Positions 45,757-58,780 of a stretch of 64,000 nt of DNA are shown here, piece after piece (positions within the stretch are counted from its first letter, which is position 1; each line of letters starts with the position of its first letter). Both the position numbers and the translations under genes were made by a program. Location: the NCBI RefSeq assembly GCF_009914755.1, contig NC_060933.1. One strand, written 5' to 3'. Source of the stretch: the human T2T-CHM13v2.0 reference genome, Homo sapiens. The notes under the pieces were generated by a model. The model had not been told where the DNA came from. It searched no databases and saw only the letters and a program-made list of their open reading frames with translations.

Positions 45757-47310
45757 ATGGGAACAATAGTGAGCATCCTGAAGGACTCACCACTAGGGTG
45801 TCTTTTAGGCAATTGGAGAAAATTCAAAGTAGACAGTATGAAGAAGAAAACACTCGTTTTCTGTTGCAACACTCTTGGGTCCAACACAAATTGGTGAACC
45901 AACAGATTTTGCCTGGATGTGGTTGTTTACCTTATAATGTTACTTTACAATTAGGCTTGTTCTGTAAAAAGAAAGAAAAATAGGGAGATATTCCTTATGT
46001 GTAGGCTTTTATGGCCCTCTACCAGGATACTGACCTCAGGGACAGCTATAGAATGTGTCTGGCTCATGATGCTCCTAGGATAACTGCCAGATATCCTAGA
46101 TGAACCCCTCCTAGCTGCTACCTGTAGAAGGCCTGCACCCCCCTCAGAGCCTCTTAGTCCCCTGGTTCTGAGTAGGGCCCTGCCAGTTTTATAGTGCAAG
46201 ATTCCACCCCAAGGTCACCAGGCATCCTTCCCCTTTATCCAACAAAGTCTAGCCTACGTCCTTCACTGCCCAAAGAAGCAAGCCCAACCAGTGCCACTAG
46301 GAGTGGGGCCCCATATCAGCCCCCAAAATCAAACCTGTATCCATTGTGGGAGGTAACTGACAGAGATGGAGGAACAATCAGAGTAGATATATGCCTTTTC
46401 CCATGTCCAATTTGACTTTATGCAAGAGAAAGTTTGGCTGCTTTATGGAGGCTCCAGGGAAGTTTGTAGAGGAATTTAAGTTGACCATGTCTTTTGATTT
46501 AAATTGGCATGACATGCAAATATTATTAAACTTGCTGTACCAAACAAGTTATAGCAAGTGGGTAATAATATGCAAGGAAAAACAAAGGATTCTAGGAGCT
46601 GCTTGTGACCATGCCGATAGCGTGGCTGCTCATAATCAAGGCCACACCATTTACTTGTAGAAGGAGATACAGTTCCAGATCTAGACACTCAATGAGATTA
46701 TTAGAGGAGTTTCCAAGATCTTGAACACAGAAATCATATGCTAATTTGTTTAATAGAAGGTATGAAAAAATGTGCAGTTAAGCCGGTTAATTATGACAAG
46801 GTGAGATAAATAACTCAGAGGAAAGATGAAAATCCCACTCTATTCCAGGTCTGCTTCCCTTGAGGCCCTCGGGAAATATTCTAATCTAGACCCAGACTCC
46901 CTAGAAGGGTGAGCTCTCCTGTGTGTGCCTTTTATTAGTCTATCTGCCTCTGATGTTAGAAGGCAGTTATAAAAGGCAGCAATGGGATCTCAAATCTCCA
47001 TGAGCCAACTCTTAAACGTGACCTTTGGGGTTTATAACAACAGAGAAAGCACAAAAGTAGAGGTGAAAACCAAAAGAAGTGCAATTGTTAGCAGCTGCTT
47101 TAAGTCCCCTGCTGCCTCAGGGTTACCTATCCTGAGAAAATGCAGTAAGATCAGCATCTGTGATGCCCAGATGAGAACTCATGACTTGCCAGCCCTTAGG
47201 ACAAAATTAGTGTGTCTTCTATACAACAAGAGGGGCACTGGAAGAAGAATTCCCTCAGGCTTAAAAGGGAGTCTGAGCCATCCAGATCCATGATGGCCAA
47301 GAGAATAGAG
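45757..47310 (+). pseudogene. ERV gag remnant
   Basis: MGTIVSILKDSPLGCLLGNWRKF (myristoylation-type MA start); CA (PGKFVEEF); MHR QRKDENPTLF; decayed zinc knuckle. Confidence 0.85.
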
Positions 47311-47369
47311 GACTAATGTGGCCTGAGGTTCTCTACAACTTCCACTGGATACCTTACCATCTCCAGAGG

Positions 47370-47700
47370 GCCCTTGGGCAACCTTTGATGTGGCAGGCAA
47401 AAATACTGAGTTCTTATTCAATATGAGTGCAACCTACTCAGTTCTGACCCATTTCTTAGGGCTACTGTCTTCTTGCTCTTGTACTATAACAGGGATTGAT
47501 GGCTAGACGAAAGTGAGGAGATTCACTCACCCTCATGGTCATATTGTCAGGTACCATATGTTTTCCCACAGATTTTTGCTTATGCCTGAGTACCTCATCC
47601 ATCTACTGGGAAGAGACTTACAGTCTGTAAGTCTCTTCCCAGTAAATGTAAGTCTTCCCATTTACTGGGAAGAGATTACAGGCTGCAGTTCAATTTGGAG
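47370..47700 (+). pseudogene. ERV protease remnant
   Basis: EFLFNMSATYSVLT (catalytic DTG decayed); FLLMPE...LLGRDL. Confidence 0.8.
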
Positions 47701-47782
47701 AGCCTTGTAAGAAGGAAACGGGCCAGAAGGGAACACTTCTTCTAGCTCTAAGTACAGGCCTTATCACAAATAAGGAAAAGTG

Positions 47783-48083
47783 AGCAGACACAGTGGTTCA
47801 TGGCTATAATCCTAGCACTTTAGGAAATTGAGGTAGGTGAATTGCTTGGGCCTTGGAGTTCAAGACCAGCCTTGGCAACTTGGTAAAACACTGTCTCTAC
47901 AAAAAGTTCACACAAAATATTAGCTGGGCATGGTGGCATGCACCTGTACTACCAGCTACTAAGGAGGCTAAGGTGGGATGATCACCTGAGCCTGGGAAGT
48001 TGAGGCTACAGTGAGCCAAGATCGTGCCACTGTACTCCAGCCTGGGTGACTGGAAAGAGACTCTGTCTCAAAGAAAGAAAAAA
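47783..48083 (+). mobile_element. AluJ inside provirus
   Basis: J diagnostics tctctacaaaaa, gatcacctgagcctggga, ttgaggctacagtgagc; TSD a(a/g)ataaggaaaag at 47768-80 and 48378-90. Confidence 0.88.
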
Positions 48084-48375
48084 GGCTGGGCGCGGTGGCT
48101 CACGCCTGTAATCCCAGCACTTTGGGAGGTTGAGGCAGGTGGATCATGAGGTCAGAAGATCAAGACCACCCTGGCCTACATGGTGAAACTCTGTCTCTAC
48201 TAAAATATTAAAAAAAGTAGCCTGGTGTGGCGATGCACTCCTGTAGTCCCAGCTGCTCAGGAGGCTGAGGCAGGGGAATTGCTTGAACCTAGGAGGCAGA
48301 GGTTGCTGTGAGCTGAGATTGCACCACTGCACTCCAGCCTGAGACACAGCAAGACTCCATTTCAAAAAAAAAAAA
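48084..48375 (+). mobile_element. AluSc-like, inserted in the AluJ A-tail
   Basis: ggatcatgaggtcagaagatcaagacc, cctgagacacagc; lies within the AluJ TSD pair. Confidence 0.88.
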
Positions 48376-48399
48376 CCAGATAAGGAAAAGACCTCCCTT

Positions 48400-48840
48400 C
48401 ATGACATAGTGCTTCTCAAGTAGACCCCTCTGTTTGGGGCATGGAAGTTCCTGGTAGAGCTATTAATGTACCCCAGTCCAGGTTGTTTTAAAATCCATTG
48501 TTAATTAGCCATGGTAAAAACAGTATCCATTGAGACCTGAGGCTCAGAGGGGCATCCAGTCCCTGATAACAAAGTACTTAAAGTATAGATTACTACAATC
48601 CTGTCAGTCCCCATGAAAGATCCTGTCAAAGTCAATCATAACCAAAAAGGAAGGGTCTGTATCAAGCAGGTTGATTACTGCTTCCACCCTGCTGTCAAAC
48701 TTCAGGGAATAACTATTTAGTTACACATGTCCAGGATAAAACCTGTTTCTTATGAGTTGCAGACACAAAGGGAGGTCACCACCACTTATATCTGTGAACC
48801 TTTGGAAGACCTCTGCTACCTATTTAAAAGAATTAACACT
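48400..48840 (+). pseudogene. ERV pol remnant: RT N-terminus fused to IN C-terminus
   Basis: KQYPLRPEAQRGIQ...CQSP followed within ~40 bp by a decayed GPY-type motif and AVKLQGI...SRIK. Confidence 0.75.
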
Positions 48841-49006
48841 TAGCTAGAAGTGGTAAGCAGATACTGTGGGTGGGAATGCTTTTCTCTTCTTCCTGATTGT
48901 AGGGCTTTTTTTTTTTTTTTTTTTTTCAATTGTTTGGATCAACTGTCTCCTCCTAGGAAACACCTCTTTTGTCCTTGTTGGGCATAACGGGCACTCTAAG
49001 GCCCAA

Positions 49007-50656
49007 ATGGACACTGTGCTGCCACTGTTAATCCTGTTTGCTCTCCCAATTAACCTAATCCAGTGTGGTGGGTAGGAACAAAATCATATAGTAAATATTT
49101 CAAAAATTATAGCATCAGGGAATCCTCCTCATAGTTGCTAGATTTGTCACCAATATCCCCAGATAGAGAGTTCCACCTTCTGGCTCTTCCAGAAAATCTC
49201 ATGGCAATTTCTCCAGACCTGCTAACTAACCATAGTGTTGTCAAAGTACTCAGACCTCTATGTGTTAGCTGGAACTCTTCCCTGCTTAATGCGTTCCATA
49301 TTAAGCACATTTACAGTATTCCACATTGCCACTATTACCTGCACCTAGGAAGGTAAGTATATATATCTCCAGTGTACTAATGATTCTATCTTTTGCACCC
49401 CATGTTGTGTTAATGATGCAAAAGCAGAAGTTTCTCTGCAATGCTCCGATCCAATTCTAGTTGCGAAGTTCTCAAGGCTATAGCACGGTAAATGGGATTT
49501 CACTTGTGAGAAAGGAAACTGTATATGGTGCTTTCTCCTGGATCAGAACATACAGGGGAAAAACAACTGCCTAATCTGGGAAGGTGGGAGTATCACCCCC
49601 CTCTGGAAACAAGGATTGTTCGACTACCCTCATTGGAGCATGGGAAGAATATCTCCGTAGACCCAACTTGGCAGTGATGGATAGGCATCACACCCCCCAG
49701 GGCCTCTATTTGTGCCTCAACTGGGCCCGTTTCTGTTTGTGGCCATGAGTGGCAAGAAGTTACACCCATAACTACTTCTAATTCCTAAGGAAGCCACCTG
49801 TTCTTTGGGGAATAGCTTTCCTTCGTATATAAAAATCTTGGAATGGGGTGAATGTACATTGGCCACCCTTACCCTTCCAGGGGTAACCGTCTATAACCAC
49901 ATAAGAATCAGGAATACTAGAAATAAATGAGCAATAGGATTAATTCTGGCGGGAATCAGGGAGCCAATAGGATTAGCAGCCCCCAGGGTTGGCTTTTCCT
50001 ATCATGAGTGAACTCTAAAGAACTTGACTCAAAGCCTAGAATCGTTAGCTACCAACACAGGTCAGGCATTGAAGTTAATTCAAGAATCCCTAGACTCTGG
50101 CAAATGTGGTCCTCAAGAACAGACTAGCATTGGATTGTTTACTAGCTGAACGAGGTGGAGTCTGTGCAGTTGTTAATAAAACCTGCTGTACATATATTGA
50201 CAACTCTGGACAGGCTGAGGTTAATATTCAAAAGATCTAAGAGCAAGCTACCTGGTTAGATAGATCGAACCAGGAAATGACTCCAACTATATCTGCTTGA
50301 CTATCAAAAATGCCCTCCCAATTCTCACCTGGTTTTTCCCTCTCCTAGGATGTTTGATAGCTATCTTGTTATTACTAATTTTTGGCCCTTGCTTGTTTTA
50401 CCTCATAGTAAAACTTGTGTATTCTAGATTGCAACAGTTGTATGTAAAAACAATGCTGGCACAAGGCTTCCATCCCATTCCATCTTCTGACCCAAAGAAT
50501 GAAAGCATCCTGCCTTTGGTCACCTTAGATCTAGTATCCAGAGATTTTTACTCATCCAGTGTTGGGCAGGGCCTACACCCAAAAAATCTCCAGGAAGGAG
50601 TTACAGAAGATGGAGCTCTGCCCTTCTCAGCCCCCTTAAGATTAAGGAGTATGTAG
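49007..50656 (+). pseudogene. ERV env remnant related to EnvV (ERVV-1/ERVV-2)
   Basis: Signal peptide; SKIIASGN; C*IC (CWIC); furin site RNK*; fusion peptide AIGLILAGI; ISD LKNRLALDCLLAERGGVC; CX6CC; TM LLLLIFGPC. Confidence 0.88.
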
Positions 50657-50671
50657 TCTCTGAGGAGGCAA

Positions 50672-51091
50672 TGAAGTGGGAGGTAGTGGGGACTTGACTC
50701 CAGACCAGATGGAAGACACCTGAACCAGGAAGAGGCACCAAAAGCACCTCTCCGTAAGACATGCCCATCAGTGCCATGACAGTTTACCATTGCTATAGCA
50801 ATACCCAGAAGTTACCACTCATTGCCATGACAAAACCTGAAAGTTACCACTCATTTTCTAGCTATTTCTGAATGTCCCGCCCCTTAATTAGCATGTCATT
50901 AAAAGTGGGTATAAATATGGGCAAAAACTTACCCCTAGGCTGCTACTCCAAGTGTACTACCTATGAGGTAGCCCTGTTTCGTAGGAGCGGCCACGGAGCT
51001 GTAACACTGCTGCTGCCTCAACAAAACTCTTCTACTACTGGCTTGCTCTTGAGTTCCTTCCTGGGTGAAGCCAAGAACTTGTCTTGCATCA
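50672..51091 (+). mobile_element. 3' LTR (MER66-like)
   Basis: Preceded by the PPT gaggaggcaa; homologous to the 5' LTR; ends tgcatca. Confidence 0.9.
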
Positions 51092-51095
51092 GTAT

Positions 51096-52255
51096 CATTT
51101 TGTATAATTTTCACAGTGGTTGTTATAGAACACATATACACATAGCAGATAAGTTGTAAGTATATAACTTAAGGAAGTCTCCTCGTATCAAGAGTTTACC
51201 ACTTCAAGTGAAATGTAGAATTCTTATTTTGAATATTATACTTTTGAGTATCAGATTGTTATTACTTTGCTTCAGTCATTAACTATGACTTGTAAACTCA
51301 TGACATCAGGGAGGGAGGGAAAATAGAATGCAGAAGATTTATAACTCATACTACCTCATTCAACCTTGTGGGTTCGGAGTGAGTCCTTGCTCATGTTTGC
51401 CTCTTTGCCAGGCCTTAAGCTGAGTGGAAAGAGTGAAGCCAGTGGTGACTAACTTCAGATCATACTGCCTCCTTACATTTGGATGCTTCCAGATAGGTAT
51501 GTAGGCACACCATGCTGCTGGACCCCACTGCCACTAACCTGGCAGGAAAATCACACCACTGCCTACTTTGGATGGATGAGGGTTGGAAGATGAGCTTCCA
51601 GCTCAGACCATGACTATTTGCCTGGCAGAGGAATAAAAGAATAGCCTGCATCCACCAAGCAGGGAACAGAAGATCTGTTCCCTGTTTAGTCAGTGATTAC
51701 CATCCATCTAGAGAATGGGAGCACAGCCTGGTTCTTCTAGGCAGGGGATGGAACATTAGTTTACTGCTTGGACATTGGGCTGGAGAATCAAAGCAGGTTG
51801 TTTACACCTGTGGGCAGGAGAATCGCAGGGAAGATCAGTTCTCTGGTCACACCACTGACACTGTGATTTTTCCATTGGTGTTTGGCAGGAGTTGGGCTGG
51901 TATTGCCAAAAAGGTTTTCTCTTATCAGATTATCCTTTCTCAGGTCTTTGGCTAGGGGAACAGGTTTTTCTAATACCATCTATTTATTTATTTAGTGCCT
52001 GTGGCAGTTTCAGCTTAGCTTGGAGGCTTCTGGAGTGCCCTTTCAGGGATACGTTTGAAGTAACAAGAAAACTCAAGGGCTCACTGTTATTTAGTTTCCT
52101 CAAATCCTGAGGTTCCTGGGCATTCTGCTGTCTTCTTTCCACCTTTCAGAATTTCCTATGCTTGTTTGTTCTGTTATGTGCAAGGGTTTTTAGGTGTTAG
52201 AGTGAAGACGTGAGAGGAATGAGGCTATTCTCTCTTTGCTGGAACCAGATCTCAT
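51096..52255 (-). mobile_element. Continuation of old L1M (inter-ORF region and 5' UTR)
   Basis: tttaccacttcaagtgaaatgtagaa; L1M-type 5' terminus ...ctggaaccagatctc; approximate. Confidence 0.6.
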
Positions 52256-53173
52256 CACCCACTTTAATTCTAAGAACCTTAGAATTACTGTATGTTCCAG
52301 TTTGTAAGGGACACTTAGATTTACTTCTTTTTTCCTAGTTTTTGAGTGTCTCACTTTAATCTCAACAGTATCCCAGTATGAAAACAATTTATACGGTCTC
52401 CATAACATAATGTTCATCTCTCTCTACATTTTATATAGGGAATCTAAACATATTATTTACCTCAAATATCACTTCAAATATACATCTTCATAAATGACTT
52501 TCAACAAAGCTCAAATGCTAAACTTATATTTCCCAGGTAGATGTTTCCAATAAGACATTTCATAGTTCTATTATAGTTTACCTTTCCCGTAACATGTCTT
52601 CCTTTGACCTCCCTATTTTTATGAATATTCTAATGTTCTCTCAGTTATGGAACCTTACAATCATTTTTCGCTCCTCTGTCTCCTCCATCCTCTGTTCTAG
52701 CAAGTCTGCAAGTACTGTTGGTTCATTCTTGGAAATAGTTGATTCATTCTTGGAAATCACTGATGTGACTTCTTCTCCTTCAATCATTTTTATATATCCT
52801 TATTAAATTCCATTATTAAAATGATCCTCTCATTTAGATAAAGAAATCTAAGTATTGTTAAATTATTTACACAAATATTATAGTATCAAAACCATAATGA
52901 AAAATCAATTAAAAATATCAGAAATGTAGAAATGCAAATTGGCTGTTGGAAGCTTAAACATTTTCTGCTAAAGTTTCAAGTAAATTTTTATATAACATTA
53001 AAGTTGTTTCATTGATAAATTTCTAGTACTTCCCTGGCATAGAGTATATTTTTCTTTTCATTGCTTGTGAAATTGCTCTTATATCTGTGACTCTGGTGTA
53101 TTTATATGATGTCTTTTTTAGGAACACTTATCTTTATGTCAGATGACCTTTCTCTGATTTCCATATCTGTTAT

Positions 53174-53525
53174 TGTATTAGTCTGTTTTCACATTGCTGA
53201 TAAAAACATACCAGAGACTGGGAAGAAAAAGAGGTTTAAGAGCTTCACAGTTCCACGTGGCTGGGGAGGCCTCACAATCATGGTGGAAGGCAAAAGCCAC
53301 TTCTTACCTGGCAGTGGCAAGAGAGAATGAGAGAGAAGTGAAAGTGGAAGCCCCTGATAAACCCATCAGATCTCGTGAGACTTATTCACTACCAAGAGAA
53401 CAATAAGGGGAAAATCACCCCCATGATTCAATTATCTCCCACCAGGTCCCTCCCATAACACCTGGGAATTATGGGAGCTACAATTCAAGGTGAGATTTGG
53501 GTGGGGAGATAGCCAAACCATATCA
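53174..53525 (-). mobile_element. THE1C-like MaLR solo LTR
   Basis: tgtattagtctgttttcac...gccaaaccatatca; perfect 5-bp TSD gttat. Confidence 0.95.
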
Positions 53526-55589
53526 GTTATCTTTTGCGTAATTTCTTAAATTTTATTATTAACAATTAATACAGTATGTTTTTATAATGGAAATTCTTAA
53601 ACTGTAGGTTTGAACACACAAGCAAGAGTAGCACAATGTAAAATGAATTAAGATTATGTAGTTTTTCTCTCTTAAATCTTGGGATTGCTGTCGTGGCATA
53701 CAAATTTGTCATTATGGACATTTATACTGTAGGTTTAAATATGTATATATGAAAGTGCACACTTACACACACATTGTTGCTGTAGTCTTTAATACCTTAG
53801 TGCTTTATGCTGGCCAATCATGGCTAAATTATTTAAACAAGCAATATTTTCTACTGGTAGTTGATGACAGAGGAAAGAACGTAGATAAAAGCAGCCACAA
53901 AGAGACCTCTAGGAGTCACTGTGTTCCTCAAAGAGTGTATATGTTGTTTCACATACACCTTCTTGAATACTGAACATATGCCCCTTAAATGCAAATGTTC
54001 ATTGGTTTGTAGGAGAAGTATAATGATTTTAGTAAAAAGAGTATTCAAATATACTTTCACAATCATATTTGTCTTCAGAAACTTAAACCTTGGTGCTTTA
54101 AAGAGTGCTGAATTTGGCTTATATTTTAGGATGAAGTTCACTTACCTTTAAATTAGCTGTGCTTCAATTCATCGCATGTTTTTATGTCCACAGGGAACTG
54201 ACAAAATCTGGAATAATGTTTTGTTCTTCCACTCCCTAATTCTAATTAGAATGTCCTCATTCTTCACTCTTCTGAGGGAATGTAGCATATAAACTTGAAG
54301 TTACAGACTATTAATAAACTATGTTTAGCTGTTATTCTCACACCCCATATGCATAAATTGGAGAAAATAAGGAGCTTTGCTGAACTTGGATTTTTTAATT
54401 AGTTTTCTCTTCACTCTATTGGTCTGTTGAAAACTGCAAGTTGACTCGGTCCTCCGCCCCATTGCTCAGGGGCTGCCTTCAGTTATTTAAGTTTATGGAG
54501 CATCCTTGACCATGTAACTATGAGCTGAGATAGCTCTATAGAGTTTCTGTCCTGGTTCTGAAATATTTACCCCAGAGACCACTTCAAAATTACTTTCTTA
54601 AAGTAAGATCTCAAAGACTAACCCAAAACACCCCTTGGACAATTTTTTAAAGAACCAGCATCTAGAGAATGAATTAGGAAAATATTCAAATTTTTATTAT
54701 TGTTTTGGTTTAAACTACTGCATTAGATATCCACTTATTACAGTTTAACCAAAAATAAATCAGCCAAGGGCTCTATTGTTTAGGCTTTTAAATCTCAGTA
54801 GGGAAGTCTGAACGTGATAACAATGTACAGACTTGCAATCTTGTCAAGCTTACTCATAAGTTTTCTTAAATGGCAAACCAACAGGTTTATTTGGAGATTT
54901 TTAATGAAATTTTTTTCTATCATATCTCTCATGCATGGAATTGTGCCTAAGTTTCAGTCAGTGGATTGTCATTTCAACTTTTTAATTGATGCATACTAAA
55001 TAGCAATGCTAGAAAAAGCACATTGCACAAATTGGGAAGGCATTACTAAAGGTATATTATGAGAGATATTTTATTTCTTTAGAAAAATTCATACTGCTTT
55101 TTTATGGGACAGTTTTCATTCCACCAAAAATATTGATTCAATGATTTGTAAATATTAAACATCTATTACAGCAAGGAACAATACTAATGCCAGCAATAAA
55201 ATTTTCACAAGATAATAGCCTTTAACTATTTATTTTTCCAGCCTCTGTTAATTCTCCAGTTACAACAAACACAGTTTAATAAAAGAAAACTAAAGGACAT
55301 GCTGACTAACTAATTCTGAGTCAGTAGTTTGCCACTACCCGTCCAGGGAAATTTACTATATAGTGAATTATTTTATTCATTCTCAAAAAAAAATTGAGAA
55401 AATAAATACAAAGGCATAAATTTAAAATAAACATGTTAATTTTATTTGAAGGATGATCATTTATTTTTAAGAGGTTAACTTTACATATCTTTTCTTTATG
55501 AAATAATAGTGATAACATAAAATTGTTTTATTTTCATGCCATTATTTAGTAAAATAAAAAGTTGGCAACCTTACACTATTTTTGTAATT

Positions 55590-57900
55590 TACTTTTAACA
55601 TTTTTATTGAGATAAGTTGATATACAATAAATGCAGACCCATGTAACTTTGAAGTCAAATTTATATGTTTTTAAAATTAATAGTGCCATTGATGTCATAT
55701 CTATGAAATTTGTCAAAGGCAAGGTAACAAAGATTTTTCTCCTGTCATTTCTTCTAGAAATGTTATAATTTTACTTTTTAGTTCTGTGTTCTACTTTGTG
55801 TTAATTTTATATTGTATGGTGTGAGGTAAGGATCAAATTTCATGTATTTGCTGTGGATATCCAATTGTTCAAGCAACATTTGTTTACAAAGATCATTCTA
55901 TATTGTATTGCCTTTGTACCCTTGTTGAAGATCAGTTGTTTACACGTGTGATTATATTTCTGGACTCTATATTTTGCTTCATTGATGAGTTTTTTTGTGT
56001 TTTTTGCTCATACCACATTGTCTTATTTACTCTACTTTTTTTTGAGATGGAGTCTGTGAATTTAATAATCAGCTAAGTTTTTTAAAGCAGGCTTAGATTT
56101 GTATTTGGAATATATTGATTCTATAGATCGATTTGGGAAGAATTGACATCTTAACAATTTTAATTCTTTTGATCCATGAGCACAGTATATCTCTTCATTT
56201 ATTTGTCTTCCCTAATATTTATGAACTTCATGTAATTTTTAGTATATACATATTTTGTCAGATTTATCCTTAACAATTTTATATTTTTGATGCTTTGGAA
56301 ATGGTATTGTATTGTTAGTTATATTTTTTCATTCTTTATTGGTATAATATATAAGTACAATTAATTTTTACATTTTAATTGCATATCCTGTAACCTTTCT
56401 AAACTCACTTATTCTAGTCATTTATTTGTAGACATTATCAGATTATGTAGACAGATGATCATTTTTTCAATAATTAAAGATGGGTATAATCTGGATGGGT
56501 TTTATTTCATTGCCCTGCTTTATTGAATCTGCTAGTGTATCCATTATAATATTGAATAGAAACAGTTATGATGAACACTCCTACTTGTTCCTAACCTTGG
56601 TGGGGAAACAATTAGTCTTGTAAGTTTAGCATCATGTTAGCTGTAAGTTTTTTGCAGATGCCTTTAATCAGCTTGAAAACTGTCACTTCTATTTCTAGTC
56701 TCCTGAAGGTTTTTTTTAAATCAGGAACCAATATTAAGAATTATTAATTGCTTTGTCTGCAACTATTGAGATATTCACATGCTTTATCTTTATTTTGAGG
56801 TTGTTAATATAACATATGATATTGTCTAATTGTAAAATGTCAAACCAATTTATATACTCCACTTCATCATGATATGTCATGTCTTAAAAATATCATTGGA
56901 TTCAATTTTCTGAAATTATATTTATAATTTTTGCATATATGTTTATAAAAAATAATGATCTTATGTCTTCTTTTAATGTCTTTATCAGGTGTGAGAATCA
57001 AGTTACTACTGGCTTCATAGGATGAGTTAAGAGTTAAGAGATATTTTCTCCTCTTTAGTTTTATAAAGAATTTGTGTAGAACTTGTATTATTTCTTTATT
57101 AAATATTAGGTATAACTTGTTAGCAAAGCTATTTGGGCCTGGAAGGGGAAATTTTTAACAACAAATTAGATTTCTTTAATAGGTATAGGGCTATCTAGAT
57201 GATCAGTTCTTCTTGAATGAGTTTGATAGTTTGTGTCTTTTAGCAAATGTGCCATTATATCTAAGTTAAAATGGCATAAAGTAGTTCAAAGTATTTATTT
57301 ATCTTAATTTTTGAAGAGCCTGTAGTGATGCAACATTTGTTCTTCCTGATATTGGTAACTTCTCTTATGCCCATTTTTCTTCATCTGTGTGCCTTCAGGT
57401 TATCAATTTTATTGATATTCTCAAACAGCCAGCTATTTTTTCTCTATTGTTTTCCTGTTTTCTACTTTATTTATATTCAATCTGAAATTTTCAACTACTT
57501 TTCTTCTGCTTCTGTGGGTTTAATTTGCTCTTCATTTCTTGGTCCTCAATGTAACAGCTGAGTTTTCTTTTTATTTGGAACTTTTCATATTTCCTAATTT
57601 AGGCATTTATTGCTATAAGTTTTCCTATTTGCTTTACTACTTTAGTGGCATCTCACAAATTTTGATACACATTTATATTTTATTTAGTTCAAAATACTTT
57701 ATAATTTTGTCCTTGCTTTCTACTTTGACCCATGAGTTGTTGAGTATATAATTTAATTTCCAAATATTGGTAAATCTTCAGAAATCTTTTCATAATTGAT
57801 TTTTTTATTTTTTTAATTTCATTGCAATCAGAGAACATAATTTATGTTACTTGAATAATTTTAATTTTATTGAGACTTGTTTTATGGCTCTAAATGTGAT
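55590..57900 (-). mobile_element. Old L1M ORF2 fragments
   Basis: gtatggtgtgaggtaagg, gtggatatccaattg, tttgggaagaattgacatcttaacaa, tactggcttcatag. Confidence 0.8.
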
Positions 57901-58559
57901 TTATGTTATCTATCATTTATTGGGCAACAACTGTTTGCCTGACATTGTGCTAGGTAGTGGGATTATACTGATAGGAAAATAAAACGCTACTGTATTTTAT
58001 AGTCTAATAATAGAAATAAATGCAGTTTTTCTTCCTTTCTAATAATGAGTACTTTGTTATATAATGTTAATATCTACCTGTGTATAGATATAGATACGTT
58101 TTTGTCAAGTTGTTGGAATTCTGAAAATAAATTAAAATACTTCATTTTAACAGCCACAGTGCTAGCATATTTACTTCTTCTCCTTTCCTTGACCTGAATT
58201 AGTAATGTGTTTAAAAATATATTAATTGATATACAACTTTATAGTTTCATCAGCTATCTTTTTTGTGTGTGCTTGATAAGATAAAAAATAATATTTCAGG
58301 AGCTCAGGTGGGAAGATCTTGACAAAAACAAATTTTTAAAAAAATTTTTCGTCTTAGAATTCAAAGTACGTAGCATATATAGATATAATTCAAGACTAAT
58401 GGGTATTATTAGATATCTACTAAATGTGCTATAAGGGACAGAGAAAGAAAAATCAGAGAAAGTTTTATAATCAAGATAACAATTGCCTTCGGCCCAGAGA
58501 GCAAAAGATACTAATAAGTGCTTTTTAAAACAGAGAGTTGCTTAAATCATAGATGTAAT

Positions 58560-58780
58560 AAGCACAGCCTTAGAATAAAATATATTTATGGTCCTGGCTG
58601 TATTAATTAATAACTATGTGATATTGGACAAGTTTTTAACGTCTCTGAGCCTCATTTTGCACATTTTAAAAATTGGGAAATAACATCCATCTTTCAGAAG
58701 TGTTGTGAAATGTAATAATGCTACATTTAAAGCATTTGAAATAGTGTTTGTCTTATAGGCACTCAATAAAAATTAGCATT
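58560..58780. mobile_element. MIR
   Basis: ttggacaagtttttaacgtctctgagcctcatttt...aggcactcaataaa. Confidence 0.75.

Noticed and set aside
50297-50656. 119-aa hydrophobic ORF as a functional membrane protein
   Set aside because: Residual env TM/cytoplasmic frame with a non-ATG start; upstream env has several stops and frameshifts.
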